Notes: a model not told the origin generated them from the letters alone. A stretch of DNA of 64,000 nt from Chrysomallon squamiferum (GCA_012295275.1 CM022665.1:38378001-38442000); one strand, 5' to 3'. Shown: positions 13,081 to 26,939, counted from the stretch's first letter. Made by a program: numbers and translations.

Positions 13081-13968
13081 TTCATGAAAAGGTTCCATCT
13101 CTTTGCAGTTTGTTTAAAACATAAATAAAAAATATTGCATCTTTTTGCCATTTGCTTCAGTTTTTTTTAATTTTATTTCTCGTATATCTAATCACGAAGG
13201 CCTATATCAACTTTATAAATAATTACCATTTTGCAATAGCCAATAAATAAATAAATAAATAAAAAAGTAAAACAACAACAAGAACAATAATAATAATAAA
13301 TAAAAGAAAATAAAAATAAATATATATATATATTTTTTTTTTCATTGGATGAAAAATATACCTCATTTATTCATTCAGTCAATCGGCAAGTCGCATTTTA
13401 CACATTTATTCACTTTACAAAAAGAAATAATAAAACATTAAATAAAAGCGAATAGAAACTAACCGATACATCTCAGGAAACCCACTGACACGGACGAGCA
13501 AAGCAACGATTATATCCAAATAAAAATATCACCAAAAACTAGCACAAACATCCACATTATCCCTTAATCAGTAAGACACTGACGAAGATGATGAAAACAT
13601 ATATATATATATATAGTTTCACTTCAATGGGGCAAAAAAAAAAAAAAAAAAAATTAATTTATTTTTTTTTTTATCAGCAATATTTGAGGATAATATCGTT
13701 TTAAAAATGAAGACACAGGTACACATATAGGTTGTATGTAAATGCATATTTACATTATATAATTTACAAAATGTTGCCGCTCCCCTCTTAAACCGCAACT
13801 GAAGTTTGTGTGATATGCATCAGAAGTCGACGTTTAAAGGAAATGAATGTTTGCTTGTTTACTTTTGTGACCTAGTTAATGACACTACCTCCGGGTCGCT
13901 CTCTCGCTCGCTCACGAACAAAGATCTTGTATTATTGACTGAAACGAAGAACTAGCCTACTACGGAAA

Positions 13969-14475
13969 ATGGCGGCTGAAAGTTTGGGCGTCAAGGTACG
14001 TATTTGGGATATTTTTGTATGAAAGTAGTCACACCCTTAATAGTTCGTCTTAAAACTGTATTAAAAGATTATTTTCAGTTTCCTTGACCTTAACTTGTGA
14101 CGAAGGCGATGTCACACTATTCAGATTATTGTATTTGTTACAGGAGTAGAATAAAAAGTATGAATAACTCAATGAACGAATTGAGCATGATTTTATATTG
14201 TGGGTACAGGCAAAGAGAAATACAGAGTACGAAAGCTAAACAACAACAACAACAATAACAACAAAAAAATTATTATTATTATTATTATTATTATTATTTT
14301 GGGGTGATATTTAAAAAATAAAATAAAATAAAATAATAAAATATTGTACACTTTACATTTTTTCAGCCTGTTCTTTATTCCTTCTTCAGAAGTTCTGCTG
14401 CCTGGCGAGTTAGAATCGGTGAGAACAGAATATATACTAATTGTAATAAAATACTAGAATTTGCATACCAAAATA

Positions 14476-14554
<79 letters not shown>

Positions 14555-16168
14555 ATTGTACATTATCGGTATTGTAATATGCTTGAACTATACTTCATTA
14601 CAATATAAAAATTATTTTTATTCCAGCTCTGGCTATGAAGGGGATTGACTACGAATACAAAGCTGTCCATCTAAGTAAAGACGGTGGACAACAGGTATGT
14701 GAATGTCCAGGCAACGAATAATATGTAAAAGTATTACTAACATAACATGGATATGTTAACGTCGTTTGATATATAACATGTTAATAAAATTTGGAAATAT
14801 CAGTTTACATAAATTAAAAACAAATACAGTACAAACGTTTATTTTCACAAAAGATGTTCTCTTTCCAATATGTTCTTTGTTGCTTTAGTAAATTATTGAT
14901 AGATTAAAAATCTTTTTTTTTTTTTTTTTCTTCCCCCCAGAGAACTGATGAATATCGTAAATTAAACCCTATGCAACAAGTTCCAACTCTGGTGATAGAT
15001 GGACACACGCTCATTCAGTCAGTATGTATTCACATGCTTAATAAACATTAGTAGATTCAATTGACCACGAACCCATCCCCATAACATGCAAACCATGCAG
15101 TCAACAATCCATTCGTTAATTACCATTCCATCTGCCACTGTTTCATACTCATGATGCCACACACTTTGTCCAAAACAGATTCATCGGTCTATCTAGCCAG
15201 ACAGCCTGGCAGATAACAGTACGTCAACTTCCACACGCACACCAATATCCAGTATAGGTATAAAAAAGAAAAAAAGAAAAAAAAAAAGAAAGAAAGAACC
15301 TCACCCCAAAACACAAAAACAAAGCTGCCAAGCGAACAGGAGAAACAACACACAAACACCCATTCCGTCATATATATATATTTATTTATTTATTAAATAT
15401 TATTATGGTTTTTGTAGTTGCCAATTATTGAATATTTGGAAGAAACCAGACCGGAAGTAGCACTTCTACCAAAAGATCCAGCACTCAGGGCCAAGGTAAA
15501 ACAGTGAATATATATCTATCTATATATATATAAATATATATAGATATATATTGATTTTTGTTGTTATTTTTTGTTGCTCTACATATCCATCATCAGTATT
15601 ATCTATACATGCATAATCCACTTCGGTCGTCAATAGTGAATAACTCGGTTACATTTTTGTGCATTTACTATACTTAATCTACTCAAGGCATTTCATTTTA
15701 TCGGTACAATCCTTATGACGTCCAATTTTCAGATTTTGTGCAGTAGCAATAAGATATATGTCAGATGATTCTATCAAAAACTGCTACCAAAGAGTTGTCT
15801 TGGAAAACATCTCAGGCAGTATACCCATGTTAGATACTCTTGAACTTGTGTATGCCGATTGACTTTCCTTAATTATTAAATGCATTAACAAACAAGTGAC
15901 TGTTGATTGGTTTATCACAGGCACGTGCTCTGGCTGAAATAATCAACTCTGGAATACAGCCACTCCAAAACGTCAATGTGAGAAAGAAAGTAGGCGAGGA
16001 GAAAGCACAGGAATGGGTTAAGTTCTGGATAGAAAGAGGACTTACAGGTTGGTTTGTGACGTTGTTGTCATACATTATCGTAAAAGCAAATTCTCCAAGC
16101 AGACTGTATAATAGTGTGAAATGAATACTCGGATATAAGGAATGTGTTATTCTGAACAAACAAACAAA

Positions 16169-16237
<69 letters not shown>

Positions 16238-16594
16238 AACAACAACAACAACAACAACAATAACAACAACAACAACAACATACAACAACAACAGTAATAA
16301 TAAATAAAATTTAAAAAAGATTTTAAAAAAGATTAAACAAATTATTAATAAACTATAAATTCATTTTTTTTAAATTAGACTTAATTTATTTTTAAAAGAT
16401 AGTTTAAAGGAAGCTTTTTAATTTATATGTAATAGTTATATTTCATACTTCACTGTTAATTAATAAATATATTTAATATTCTACTTTATAATATATATAT
16501 ATATATATATATATTTTAACAACAGCTCTAGAGAAAGCTTTGCAGGAGACAGCAGGCAAATACTGTGTTGGAATAACGTAACTCTACCCGATCT
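13969..16594 (+). CDS. GSTZ1: GST Zeta / MAAI-like paralog A, copy 1, truncated in exon 7 by the assembly gap
   Basis: [49 protein letters not shown]...[31 protein letters not shown]; matches 30279-32836. Confidence 0.85.
16170..16300. repeat. Compound (AAT)n(AAC)n microsatellite; also at ~32416-32555. (TTA)n tracts at ~56135-56208 and 58832-58925; (TG)n at ~60668-60718
   Basis: Read directly from the sequence; these explain several low-complexity ORFs in the track. Confidence 0.95.
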
Positions 16595-16794
16595 NNNNNN
16601 NNNNNNNNNNNNNNNNNNNNNNNNNNNNNNNNNNNNNNNNNNNNNNNNNNNNNNNNNNNNNNNNNNNNNNNNNNNNNNNNNNNNNNNNNNNNNNNNNNNN
16701 NNNNNNNNNNNNNNNNNNNNNNNNNNNNNNNNNNNNNNNNNNNNNNNNNNNNNNNNNNNNNNNNNNNNNNNNNNNNNNNNNNNNNNNNNNNNNN
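16595..16794. other. Assembly gap (200 N)
   Basis: Run of exactly 200 N, typical of a fixed-length scaffolding join. Confidence 0.99.
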
Positions 16795-17554
16795 TTCAGT
16801 TAAAGTAGTAATCTGCGAATGTGCGTATTAAAAGATAGGTTAATATTAGAAAGAAAGGTGAGGGATTGCAGAGATTTAGCATAGGCATTTGCGTTTACGT
16901 ATATGAAACATTTACGCGTGTGCATTTCTGTATAGTTATAGCAATTTTTTGAAACATTATAAAGGGTGAATTTTGTTTTTATGATTTCTTTATCTTTGCA
17001 CAGATTAGTGCAGCTTAAGTTGTATTTTCTTGCATGGTTCTCCACATAATGATCATGAAGACAGAACCCTTATCTCAAAGAAGCCGTGGTTGAACTTACG
17101 TACCGTTGTACCGTTGGGTGAACGAGATTACGATTTCAAAAAGCTGAATTCAAACTAATATATGCTTGAAAAAGTAGTAAATTAACATTGTTGACCCGTA
17201 TATTGCCGTAAGATGTTGTTTTGCTTTTTGCTGAGAAATAGACAAAACATTTATTTGTTCGCAAACGAAAATACTGGCCATTCCATACTATACTGTTGCA
17301 CGTGAAGCAAATAAATAATTGATATGTAACAAAATTTCTTTCAAAAACAATTCTTCTGTAAAATTATATATGATGAGAAAATGATCCCATGCTATCTTTG
17401 ATATGGAAAAGATTACGAATTTTTTCATGAATAAAATTTGCCTGTATTTTTCTTTCAAAATCTAAGGAGAACCTGATTGATATCGCTCATTTGGCAGCGA
17501 ATATTGAATACCTCATACTTGTTGACAGTGCTCTTCTTCCAGTACTAGAAACCT

Positions 17555-17869
17555 GACGAGATCCGCTAACCCCCCCCCCACCCCGAGGGATCATCGGTTT
17601 TGACCCTTTGTATCAGATAATCTCAGTCTGGAGCAAAGGGCTTTCAACAAAGACACGTCTGCTGTTCGGCAGTATGTAGATTGGGGGGTTTGGCAAAGTA
17701 ATGCAGCTATTTGCATTTGTGGATTTTAAGAAAAAGAACTGTTCCTGCAGTATACTGAAATATTACTTTCTGGCCTATCTCATCACAAACTCACATCTGT
17801 CTGTGTGGGTCACAGACACCATTCTTATTTGGATTGAACCCACCAACACTTGAAGAATGTCTATCCTGA
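17555..17869 (+). pseudogene. C-terminal relic of a Harbinger (DDE_Tnp_4-like) transposase
   Basis: With frameshifts: PFVSDNLSLEQRAFNKDTSAVRQYVDW-GFGKVMQLFAFVDFKKK...KYYFLAYLITNSH-CLCGSQTPFLFGLNPPTLEECLS*. This resembles the FN..MS.VR..VEW.FG....FAFLDFKK...PPTLEEYL pattern; the N-terminal part is missing. Confidence 0.8.
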
Positions 17870-18099
17870 ATTATTTTCTTTTAAATCATAAACACTATAT
17901 ATTTTCTACAAGATACACATTTAACAAATGTTTATGAAATTATGACCAGGTCTCAGTTGGGGATAGGTAATTGTTATATACAAGTCACTTAAAAGTAATT
18001 CCAGGAAGTTGACTATTTTTTATTTTTATTTATTTATTTTTTTAACAATAAAAAAAAAACTTACTTCATTGTAAACAATCAAGTAAGCAATACTGATGG

Positions 18100-19780
18100 T
18101 AATTTATTAGCAAGAGAAATACTAAAGAAACAGCAATTCACTCTCATTAATATCAGTGATCAATTATTATTAGAAATTTCAATGATGGAAATAAAAGGCA
18201 AAACATTGTCTTTGCATCTAAGAAAAAAAATAAAAAGCAGAGAAAAGAAAAAAAATCTTTAAATTTAAAAATCCAAAAAATCTTTGTAATCTAAAAACTG
18301 AACAAGAAGTTCACAGGAAAGAAAATCTGAAATATGTTTTTATTTGGTCTTGAGCATTATGTGTGTTAATAGACAAAGAAAATACACTATTACAAAATCA
18401 AAACTAAGTAATAGCTTTTTATACAACATTATATGCTAATCAAAATACTGATTTTACTAACAAAGATCTAGAGAGAATACTTAGTAACTGTAGAGTAGCC
18501 AGACTAAATTATATTATGACAAAATCGGTAGAGGGAGAATTTTCTTAGAAAGAAGTTACTAATATTTTAACAATAGTGAATAATTTAATGTCACCAGGAA
18601 CAGATAGATACAGTGCTGAATTTATGAAGTTCTTTGGATCTAACACTGAAATTTGTTTGTTTTTTTCTTCACTGCCAAATCCTACACATTCTTTCTTTTA
18701 AAAAAGTTCAGTTCATTTTGAACAAAATGCACAATGAAATAGCTAGAAAACATTATTTCAGGGTTATCAAAATGGTGTTTTAAGAGCAATAAATGTTAAG
18801 TGATTTAATAATGCATAAGCAAATAACATGGATCAAAAGTATGTACTTTGAATCAATACATGGCCTCTCTTTTGAGTAACTGTTTACAATCTAGAGCTGA
18901 TATACATAAATCCCTTTTGGAAAAATGTATTACATACATGGTCAAACAACAGAAAAACGTTAAGTGACTTACTTATGTTGAATTTTGTGAAAAAAAAAAA
19001 AAACTTTAGACCACCATTTACAGTTTACAATGGTTTGATGTCTGCAGTTAAAAATGTCGTAAGTTCTCTTTACATACAGACCAAGTAACGTTACAAATAT
19101 TAGGAATTCCCCAAACTGTCTGCAAGAACTGCTTAAAACAAATGTTTTTTAAAAAAATTCTATCAAGATTGTACAATAGAAACTACTTCAAAACATAAAT
19201 GCAAAAATAAAATTGCAGTGGCAGCATATTTTTGGTATAGAATTATGTGGCAAATGGTGGAAAAGTATACATCTTCTTCTGTTCAAACTAACTACAGACA
19301 CTGGGCTTAGATTATTTCAGCACAAGATCTTATTAGTTATCTTAATAACAAATAAGCATTTGGTATTATATTGTATAAAAGTATCAGATAAATGTCAATT
19401 CTGACATGTGTTTATGAAGATTTAATACACATTGTTTTGGATTATGTAAACATGTTCAGACATTCTGGAACACTGTTACAACCTGGATATTTTTTTAGAA
19501 CAGAAGTGAGATTTGAAATAAATGCACAAAAAAGATTATATAATCAATTTAATACTGCTAATTGCTATATAAATCAAAATACAAACAACAGCAACTAATT
19601 TTAACTGGATACCGAAATGTTCTGAACATATATTATTATACAAATAAATATATTTGTAAGTCAAGTAACAGAACAATTAAATTTGATAACAATATGGAAT
19701 ATTTGGACATAACCATATATAAGTCATACTATACATTATACTGTATATTCTGTGGCAAAAAAAAAATAATAAAATAAAAC
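18100..19780 (+). mobile_element. Degraded, internally deleted L1/Tx1-clade LINE ORF2 with A-rich tail
   Basis: Motif remnants: MEIKGKTL..SKKK (~18185), SPGTDRYSAEFMKFF (~18591), TTDTGLRLFQHKIL...SDKCQF...EDLIH (19290-19430). Many stops and frameshifts. Confidence 0.75.
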
Positions 19781-19794
19781 AAAAATACTTTATA

Positions 19795-21915
19795 TTATTT
19801 CAAATCATATTTTTGCATTAAACTAAGCAGAGCATCTGTCATTTTCCCTAATCTGTCAAATATTTGTGTTCTTTCTTCTCTCTCTTCATTCCTCCTCTTT
19901 TCTTCTATCCTAAATCTATTTTGTTGCTCAGCCTGCAGCAGCTCAATTCTCATTCTTTCATTTTTCACCTCTGCTTTTCTAATTTCCAGCTCCTCCTGTC
20001 TCAATTTAAATTCATTTTCTCTCCAAGCTGCCTCCATGTTAACTTTTGCTTCTAGGTGGGACAACAGCTTAACTGGAAATTAGAAACGAAACAAAGTAAA
20101 TTTTCCATTGTTATCAAACATATTCAAATGAAGTATAGATTTAATATTCAAATGTGTGTAAATTAATCTAGAATTTGTTCCTGTAAGAAAAGCTGAACTG
20201 AAATAGATATCAAGGTGCGCATTAAATACAAGTCTTTCTTCATGCATTTAGTCATCTGAACAAAGCACTAAGAAACAGAAAAGATACTGTTATTACAAAG
20301 AAGATTTCATGTTGAGATGACAACTGAATGAGATTTGGTTTTGTTGTGTCTAATAACTTGTGATCATTTCTACATCTGTGTCAACTGTCATCTTTCACAG
20401 TTTATAAACAGGTAGTTTCATCTCAAGCAATGGATATTACATCACCACCCCCAACACACACACACACACACTCTCACTCACTTGCACTAGTTTCTGCCAA
20501 TGCCACAGGTGTTGGTGGCTCCTGCAACAAGCAGCCATCATCTGTGTCTTCAGGTGTGTTGTCAGCAGCTGGCAGTGGGTGGTTTTCTGTGTCAGGCTCC
20601 TCTTTCACAGGGATTCTGATTTGGTCAAAGAGGACCCTGGGCTGTACTGGAGTGATCTGCTCCTTTATTTGTTGCCCTGGCTCGTAATGCAGCTTTGCAG
20701 ACTTTTTTCTCATTTTAGAAGCAGAGCTGCATATGCTCCTCTTCCTGCCAGTGAGCTGTTTTGGTGCATTTGACCATTCCCTTTCAAGGTCACTAACTTC
20801 CTGCATCAATTTCTCCCTCTCCTCATACTGTTCTTCTGTCCCTGACCTGAATGGGAATGTAAACAATTGACTTAAAAATGGTTTTTTTTCTTCTTCACAC
20901 TGCAAACATAGCACTACACCGACATCAACCCAATTTAAAACTTGACAGCTGTAACACAGCAATCTAAATGTAACTAATAAATACACATTGTATTGGTAGT
21001 AATAGGTTCAACCATAATATCCCAAACTAAGAACTGATGAACCTTTATTATCATGCCGTATTCATACTTTACCTTCTAAGGCTAGCCACTTGTTGTTGAC
21101 GGGAAATCTTTATCAGTCTCTCTACCCTGTCCTGGATGGTTCTTTTCTCTACACTGTTGAAGTAGAAGTTTGTACTGAAAAGAAGAGCATAAAATTTATT
21201 TGGCTTTCTACCACTGTAAAAGGAGGAACTTACCCACATGCTGTGTTAATATACATGAACGAGCTATTGCTAATGCAACTGGAATCTGACCATACCATCA
21301 TATTGGAAGTATATCTTGTTGGAAGAGAAATTAACACCAGTTCGTTTTATTTAAATAAAACCCATATTACTTGTTGGCAACTGTAAATTACTGTATGGTT
21401 TTTCTAATCCATTAAAAATTAAAGTGTAGGTAGTGTTTAAAGGCCTGTAGAATCTTTTTGGCCAGCTTGGGCCATCACTAATAGATACACCACATGACAA
21501 AAGTCTACAAACATAACACAATTAACATCTGTGACAAACTGAAAACTTTATAAAATCTTAAATAAGACATAAACCCCAAAAGCACTATTTTTGCACAAAC
21601 AGAAAGATAAAAGAAATTTTTTAATGAGAAAAGTTATGCTGTGGAAATGATGACACTTCACAATCTTCAAATCTCACCCTCTTACCCCTGATTTGTTTAG
21701 GAACTGTTTTAAGTGTTTATACAACTGATAGAAACTTAATTGTGCCATTGTTTGATTCAAACTTACCTCTTCAAGTCTTCAGCAATAGCACCAAAGACTG
21801 CATTTCCATTCTTGAAGGGATTCCGGGCTATCACTTGCTTCAGGACAATGATGTCCATGTGGGGAAAGAAATAAAGTTTCTTCTTCTTCCCAGTGTCCAC
21901 CTCAGCAGATGCCAT
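19795..21915 (-). CDS. Harbinger-type Myb/SANT-like accessory protein, copy 2
   Basis: Same four exons as 378-2499; the ORF-track peptides for exons 3 and 4 are identical. Confidence 0.8.
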
Positions 21916-23415
21916 CTGTGTGACACCAACAGTATATAGATGAATATATAAAAATACTGTATAGATTTAGCACTCATAAAATGTTTAATTTTGATATACA
22001 ATATATGTATATTTAGTTTGAAACTATACGAGATATTCAATGTTTATGTTGCCAAATGACAGAAATCAATCAGAGGTTCTCCATAGATTTTCAAAGAAAA
22101 ATACAGGCAAATTTTATTCATTTAAAAATTCGTTTTTTTTTTTTCTTCATATCAACGCTATCAAACATATATTGGAGTCACTGTTACTGCATCTTCTGAT
22201 GATATTTAATTTTATTTGTTATTTGCTGCACTTCCAGTAGTCGAGTACACAAGTAATTTTGGCATGGCCAGTATTTTCGTTTGCGAACAAATAAACATTT
22301 TGTCTATTTCTCAGCAAAAAGCAAAACGAGATCTTAAGGCACTATAATGGTCAACAACGTTAATTTACTACTTTTCAAGCATATATTAATTTGAATTCAG
22401 CACCCGAAATCGTAATCTCGTTCACCCAACGGTACAACGGTACGTAAGTTCAACCACGGCTTTTTTTTGAGAGAAGGGGGTCTGTCTTTGGCGATCATTT
22501 AAGTGAAATCCATGCAAGAAAATGCAACTTAAGCTGCAGTAATCTATGCAAGGATAGTTAAAGAAAATAATAAAAACATGACTCACCCTTTATAATGTTT
22601 TAAAAAGTTGCTATAACAATGCGTAAAAGCACACGTGCAAGGACTTTGCTATGCGCAAACACGTATGTATAGGTTTGTCCCGCCGCATCGAGGAAATCTC
22701 GCGAGATAAGACGATACGAGTTAGATACGGGTTCGGTACGTGAAGATCGCGTCTACGTTAAACCTTTCTAATGTTAATGTTAAAACCGTTTCTAAGATGG
22801 TAAAAAGAAGTGTTGAATACACAAACACATATCTATAAGGGAGACTCGTGGAAATTAATAATAACAGTATTTGTTGACATTATGTCAACAAATACTTCAA
22901 AATGAACAGAAAATGTCCAGTAGGCAGGCAGATACTTAAAAAGTGGACAGAAATGGAAATATCATCAGACGCTAATTTTGAAAACCATATCTAGCATTAT
23001 ACCCCCATAACAATTTCATCATCAAAATTAGGTGTTAAGTCTACCAGGATATAGAGAAACTTTTGAACAGATACATGTATTTAAATAAATAAATATAATA
23101 AACACCAAAGTAACATAATTATCGTTAAAAGAAATCAGTTTAATGTTAATTTTCATTCTCTCGGCTTACTCGATATTTTTGTCTAGCTCCTATTACTGGG
23201 TACCAACGACAGGGAAACAAAAATCACAAAAACCTTCGAAGTGTGTTTATTGCTTTCGAAGAAACCCAAACGACTACGACGAATAGGTGACACAGAATAC
23301 CTGGAGTCAACGCAGCAAATGTTCACTTTAAATTATCTCTGTTTACACTGTGAATCGCTTCACTGTCCTCGTTTTAAAATCAGTTTTAAAACACTTAAAG
23401 AAAATATCCCAAAAG

Positions 23416-24135
23416 ATGGATTATCATAATTCAGCCGACAAGGTATGTAATCTCTATCTTTATATTTAATTATTTATTTTGAACGGTAATGGTGAGTCCT
23501 TGAAACAGCTGTTCATTCGGAAAATAATAGTACGGAACTGATAAGGGGGCAGAGATGTTATAAACTTGACCCAGTATTTGTTGTTAATGCATAGAGACGT
23601 GAGCAGTCGTGGCAGATAAAAATAAAATAAATTAAAAAATAAAAAGGACGATATAACTCGTGTGTTCAGGCTAATTTTATGAAATCACAACAGCAACAAT
23701 AAATGCGTAATGGAAATATTTTTATATATGAATATTTAAAGTCAAATCGCAACAGTTTGAAACAACAACAACAGCAACAACAATAACAAAAAACCATTAA
23801 ATAAACCCCAAAAAAAACAATAAATAAAAATTAAAAAAACCCGAAGAAACAACAACAAAAAACAAAAACAAAAAACCTACAAAAACCCCCAACAAACCAC
23901 CAGTTGTTGCTGTTGTTGTTGTTGTTGTTGTTGTTGTTATTATTATTATTATTATTATTATTGTTGTTATTATTATATAAAATCTGATTTATTGCTGTAC
24001 TCTTTTTTTCAGCCCATTTTATATTCATTCTTTAGAAGTTCTTCATGTTGGAGGGTTCGAATAGGTAAACACTACAGTACATACGTATACACACACACAC
24101 ATATATGTATGCAGGTATAGCTATCTAACTCTATC

Positions 24136-24213
<78 letters not shown>

Positions 24214-24447
24214 CGCGTTTCAAATGACATTCCAAATGCCAAATCTATTACAGTGACCAGAACACTAGAAATTTAAAAAGATTTCATTTCAGCACTGGCT
24301 ATCAAACGAATTGACTACAAATACCAGTCGTGCGAGTGGTTCTTTGAAGGGGGTCCGAAAGTAAGTTAAACTGTAATTTTTACTGTTTGATTTACAACAC
24401 ACACACACACACACACACACATACACACGCGCGCGCACACACACACG

Positions 24448-24486
<39 letters not shown>

Positions 24487-25471
24487 AACTATGTTATGTA
24501 AGGATAGATTTTTACTGGATGTTACAGTCAAAGGTAGCTAGATGAAAGATCACACGCAGAAGAATTTTTGACCATATAGAGGATAATTTAAAAAATATTA
24601 TTATATTTTAATATTCATCACACTGCATAGCTAATTTTAAGTTTATTTGTTTTGATGACAACATGGAAGCAAATCTAGCAGCACCACCAACATCATCATC
24701 ATCATAACAACAACAACTAATTATGATAATGTAATCATGAAAAGTAAAACAATCATAAATAAATGTAAGATTGAAAGATATAATATATATATACACACAT
24801 AAAACTGAAATAAACCACTGATGTCATGCTTGTTTTATATTACAGAGAGATGAATATTTGAAACTGAATCCAATGGGTGAGGTACCCACCCTAATCATTG
24901 ATGGTAACACCCTGACGCAGTCTGTACGTATGAATTAATTTTGTTCTAATATAATGTTTAAAGGATATAGATGTCAAGGATTCTTTGAATATTAGTTATG
25001 CATGATAAAGGGACGCAGATGAAAGTATTATCTGAAGGTATTATTCGTATGGACATTTTACGTGACATATTAAAAGCAATAATTTGTACTTAAGTTTAAT
25101 TAGAATTTAAATAATATGAAGATATAATAATGTATACATACATCATTAATGAACTATTATTTTCTATCTGGTCGATGAATTACCTTTTTATTTTAGATGC
25201 AAGAACAAATTAGATTTTGAACCCTACATTTTTAAAATGTAGTTTTTATTGTTTTTAAATTAGTTACCACTTCAGAGTTATTTAGATTCTAGAGTCTGCA
25301 GTGGAAACAGACATGTAAAGGTTAAACTACATTTTGACATTTCTGTTAAAAAATCAACTTCTCTTTGAGGCTGATGAAAGAAATTAGTTATCTGACATCA
25401 GTGAAAAATAAATAGACATAAATCACAAAACATACAAAGGGAAAGATAGCAAAAGAGATACAAACAGACAG

Positions 25472-25540
<69 letters not shown>

Positions 25541-26939
25541 TCATGGGAAGAAATTATGAAAACAGTATGAATTAAGAATTAATCAAATGGTATAATTATA
25601 TTAAAACATTTAGTATAATATTTTCAGCTTCCTATCATAGAATATTTGGAAGAGACAAGACCAGGTATTCCACTTCTGCCAAAAGATCCGATTCTTCGTG
25701 CTAAGGTAACAAAACATTGTGTCTGTATTATATCAAACATCATCCTTATTTATCATCACGATTACTGGTATCGTCATCATGATCACTATCATTAAACATC
25801 GCCATTAACAACAATAAGAATATACAACGTTAATATTACAGGCTAGAGCTTTGGCAGAGATAATAAACTCAGGAATACAACCTCTTCAGAATATCAGGGT
25901 TGAAAAGAAATCAGGTGATAGAACGTGGGCCAAATTTTGGATAGAACGAGGATTTGCAGGCAAGCTGATTTAAACATTTTAAAATCTTAATTTATTTTTG
26001 AGCATGCCAGTCACAAACGCTTATGGATCACAATACATATCAGATGTAAAGTGAATCTGTAACAGCTTCAATAGTATTCGATATAAAAGCTAATTTCTGA
26101 CTTCTGAAAAGAAGATAAGAAAGGCGCGCCATTATTTAAAAAACCCCAAAAGAACAACAACAAAAAAAAAACCACAACAGATATGGAATATTATGTCATT
26201 ACTGTTTTGCCGTAATATTTCTTTCCTTTTTTAAACGATGTTTTACAGGTTTGGAGCTAGCACTACGGGAAACTGCGGGTAAATATTCAGTGGGAGACAG
26301 CTTGTCTTTGCCCGATGTATATCTTGTACCTCAAGTTTATCGAGCCCATAGGTAACATAATACATAGTTTTATTAAATATGTAGGAATTTTCATATAGTA
26401 GAATTCACAGTTTTGATAAATATATATTTTGCTTGTTCATCTGTACATCACTAGAGTATTTGTGTGTATTATTATTTTATTATTATTATTATTATTATTA
26501 TTAATTTTTTTATGTGTGCTTATACATATTTAATTAATATGCACAATATAATTCTTCCTTTAAAATTAACACATTTTTGTTCATAGATAGTCATAATAAA
26601 TGAAAATAATCCATAAATATATTAAGCAAAGTGGGACTACGTAATATATTTAATACCATTTCAAACCACTGTTATTAATATTCAAGAAATTATAATGTAT
26701 ACTTGACTTTTCACGTATGTTAATCCATGGTATATTAAATTAATATTTATATTACCTTGACCTGAAAGAAAATTAAGTATACCTTATTGTTTTCTTTTAT
26801 TTGCAGAGTAAATGTGGACATGTCTCAATTTCCGATTATAAGTCGTATAGACTCGACTCTGTCGGAACTGGACGCTTTCAAATCTGCGCATGCGTTACGA
26901 CAAGAAGATTGTCCAAAAGAAGAAAAAATTACGACATAG
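23416..26939 (+). CDS. GSTZ1: GST Zeta / MAAI-like paralog B, copy 2
   Basis: Same 8 exons as 4003-7459, including the GC donor at 25960; stop TAG at 26937-26939. Confidence 0.9.

Larger units (their letters stand above)
16795..22823. mobile_element. PIF/Harbinger-type DNA transposon (non-autonomous): long inverted arms, truncated transposase (+), nested LINE relic, intact Myb-like gene (-)
   Basis: ~16880-17520 is the imperfect reverse complement of ~22020-22670 (e.g. GCCGTGGTTGAACTTACGTACCGTTGTACCGTTGGGTGAACGAGATTACG vs CGTAATCTCGTTCACCCAACGGTACAACGGTACGTAAGTTCAACCACGGC). Convergent two-gene layout. The left end runs into the gap; the right end is approximate. Confidence 0.8.

Noticed and set aside
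15869-16291. Poly-Val/Ile, poly-Asn, (CV)n, (SL)n and (ER)n ORFs (also 32115, 4422, 40899, 55453, 58776, 60612)
   Set aside because: Translations of microsatellites that lack stop codons; no protein-like content.
16565-16594. 1-nt deletion in GSTZ-A exon 7 (GGAATAAC vs GGAGATAAC at ~32812) suggesting a pseudogene
   Set aside because: It is ~20 bp from the contig end, where consensus errors are common; not trusted without reads.
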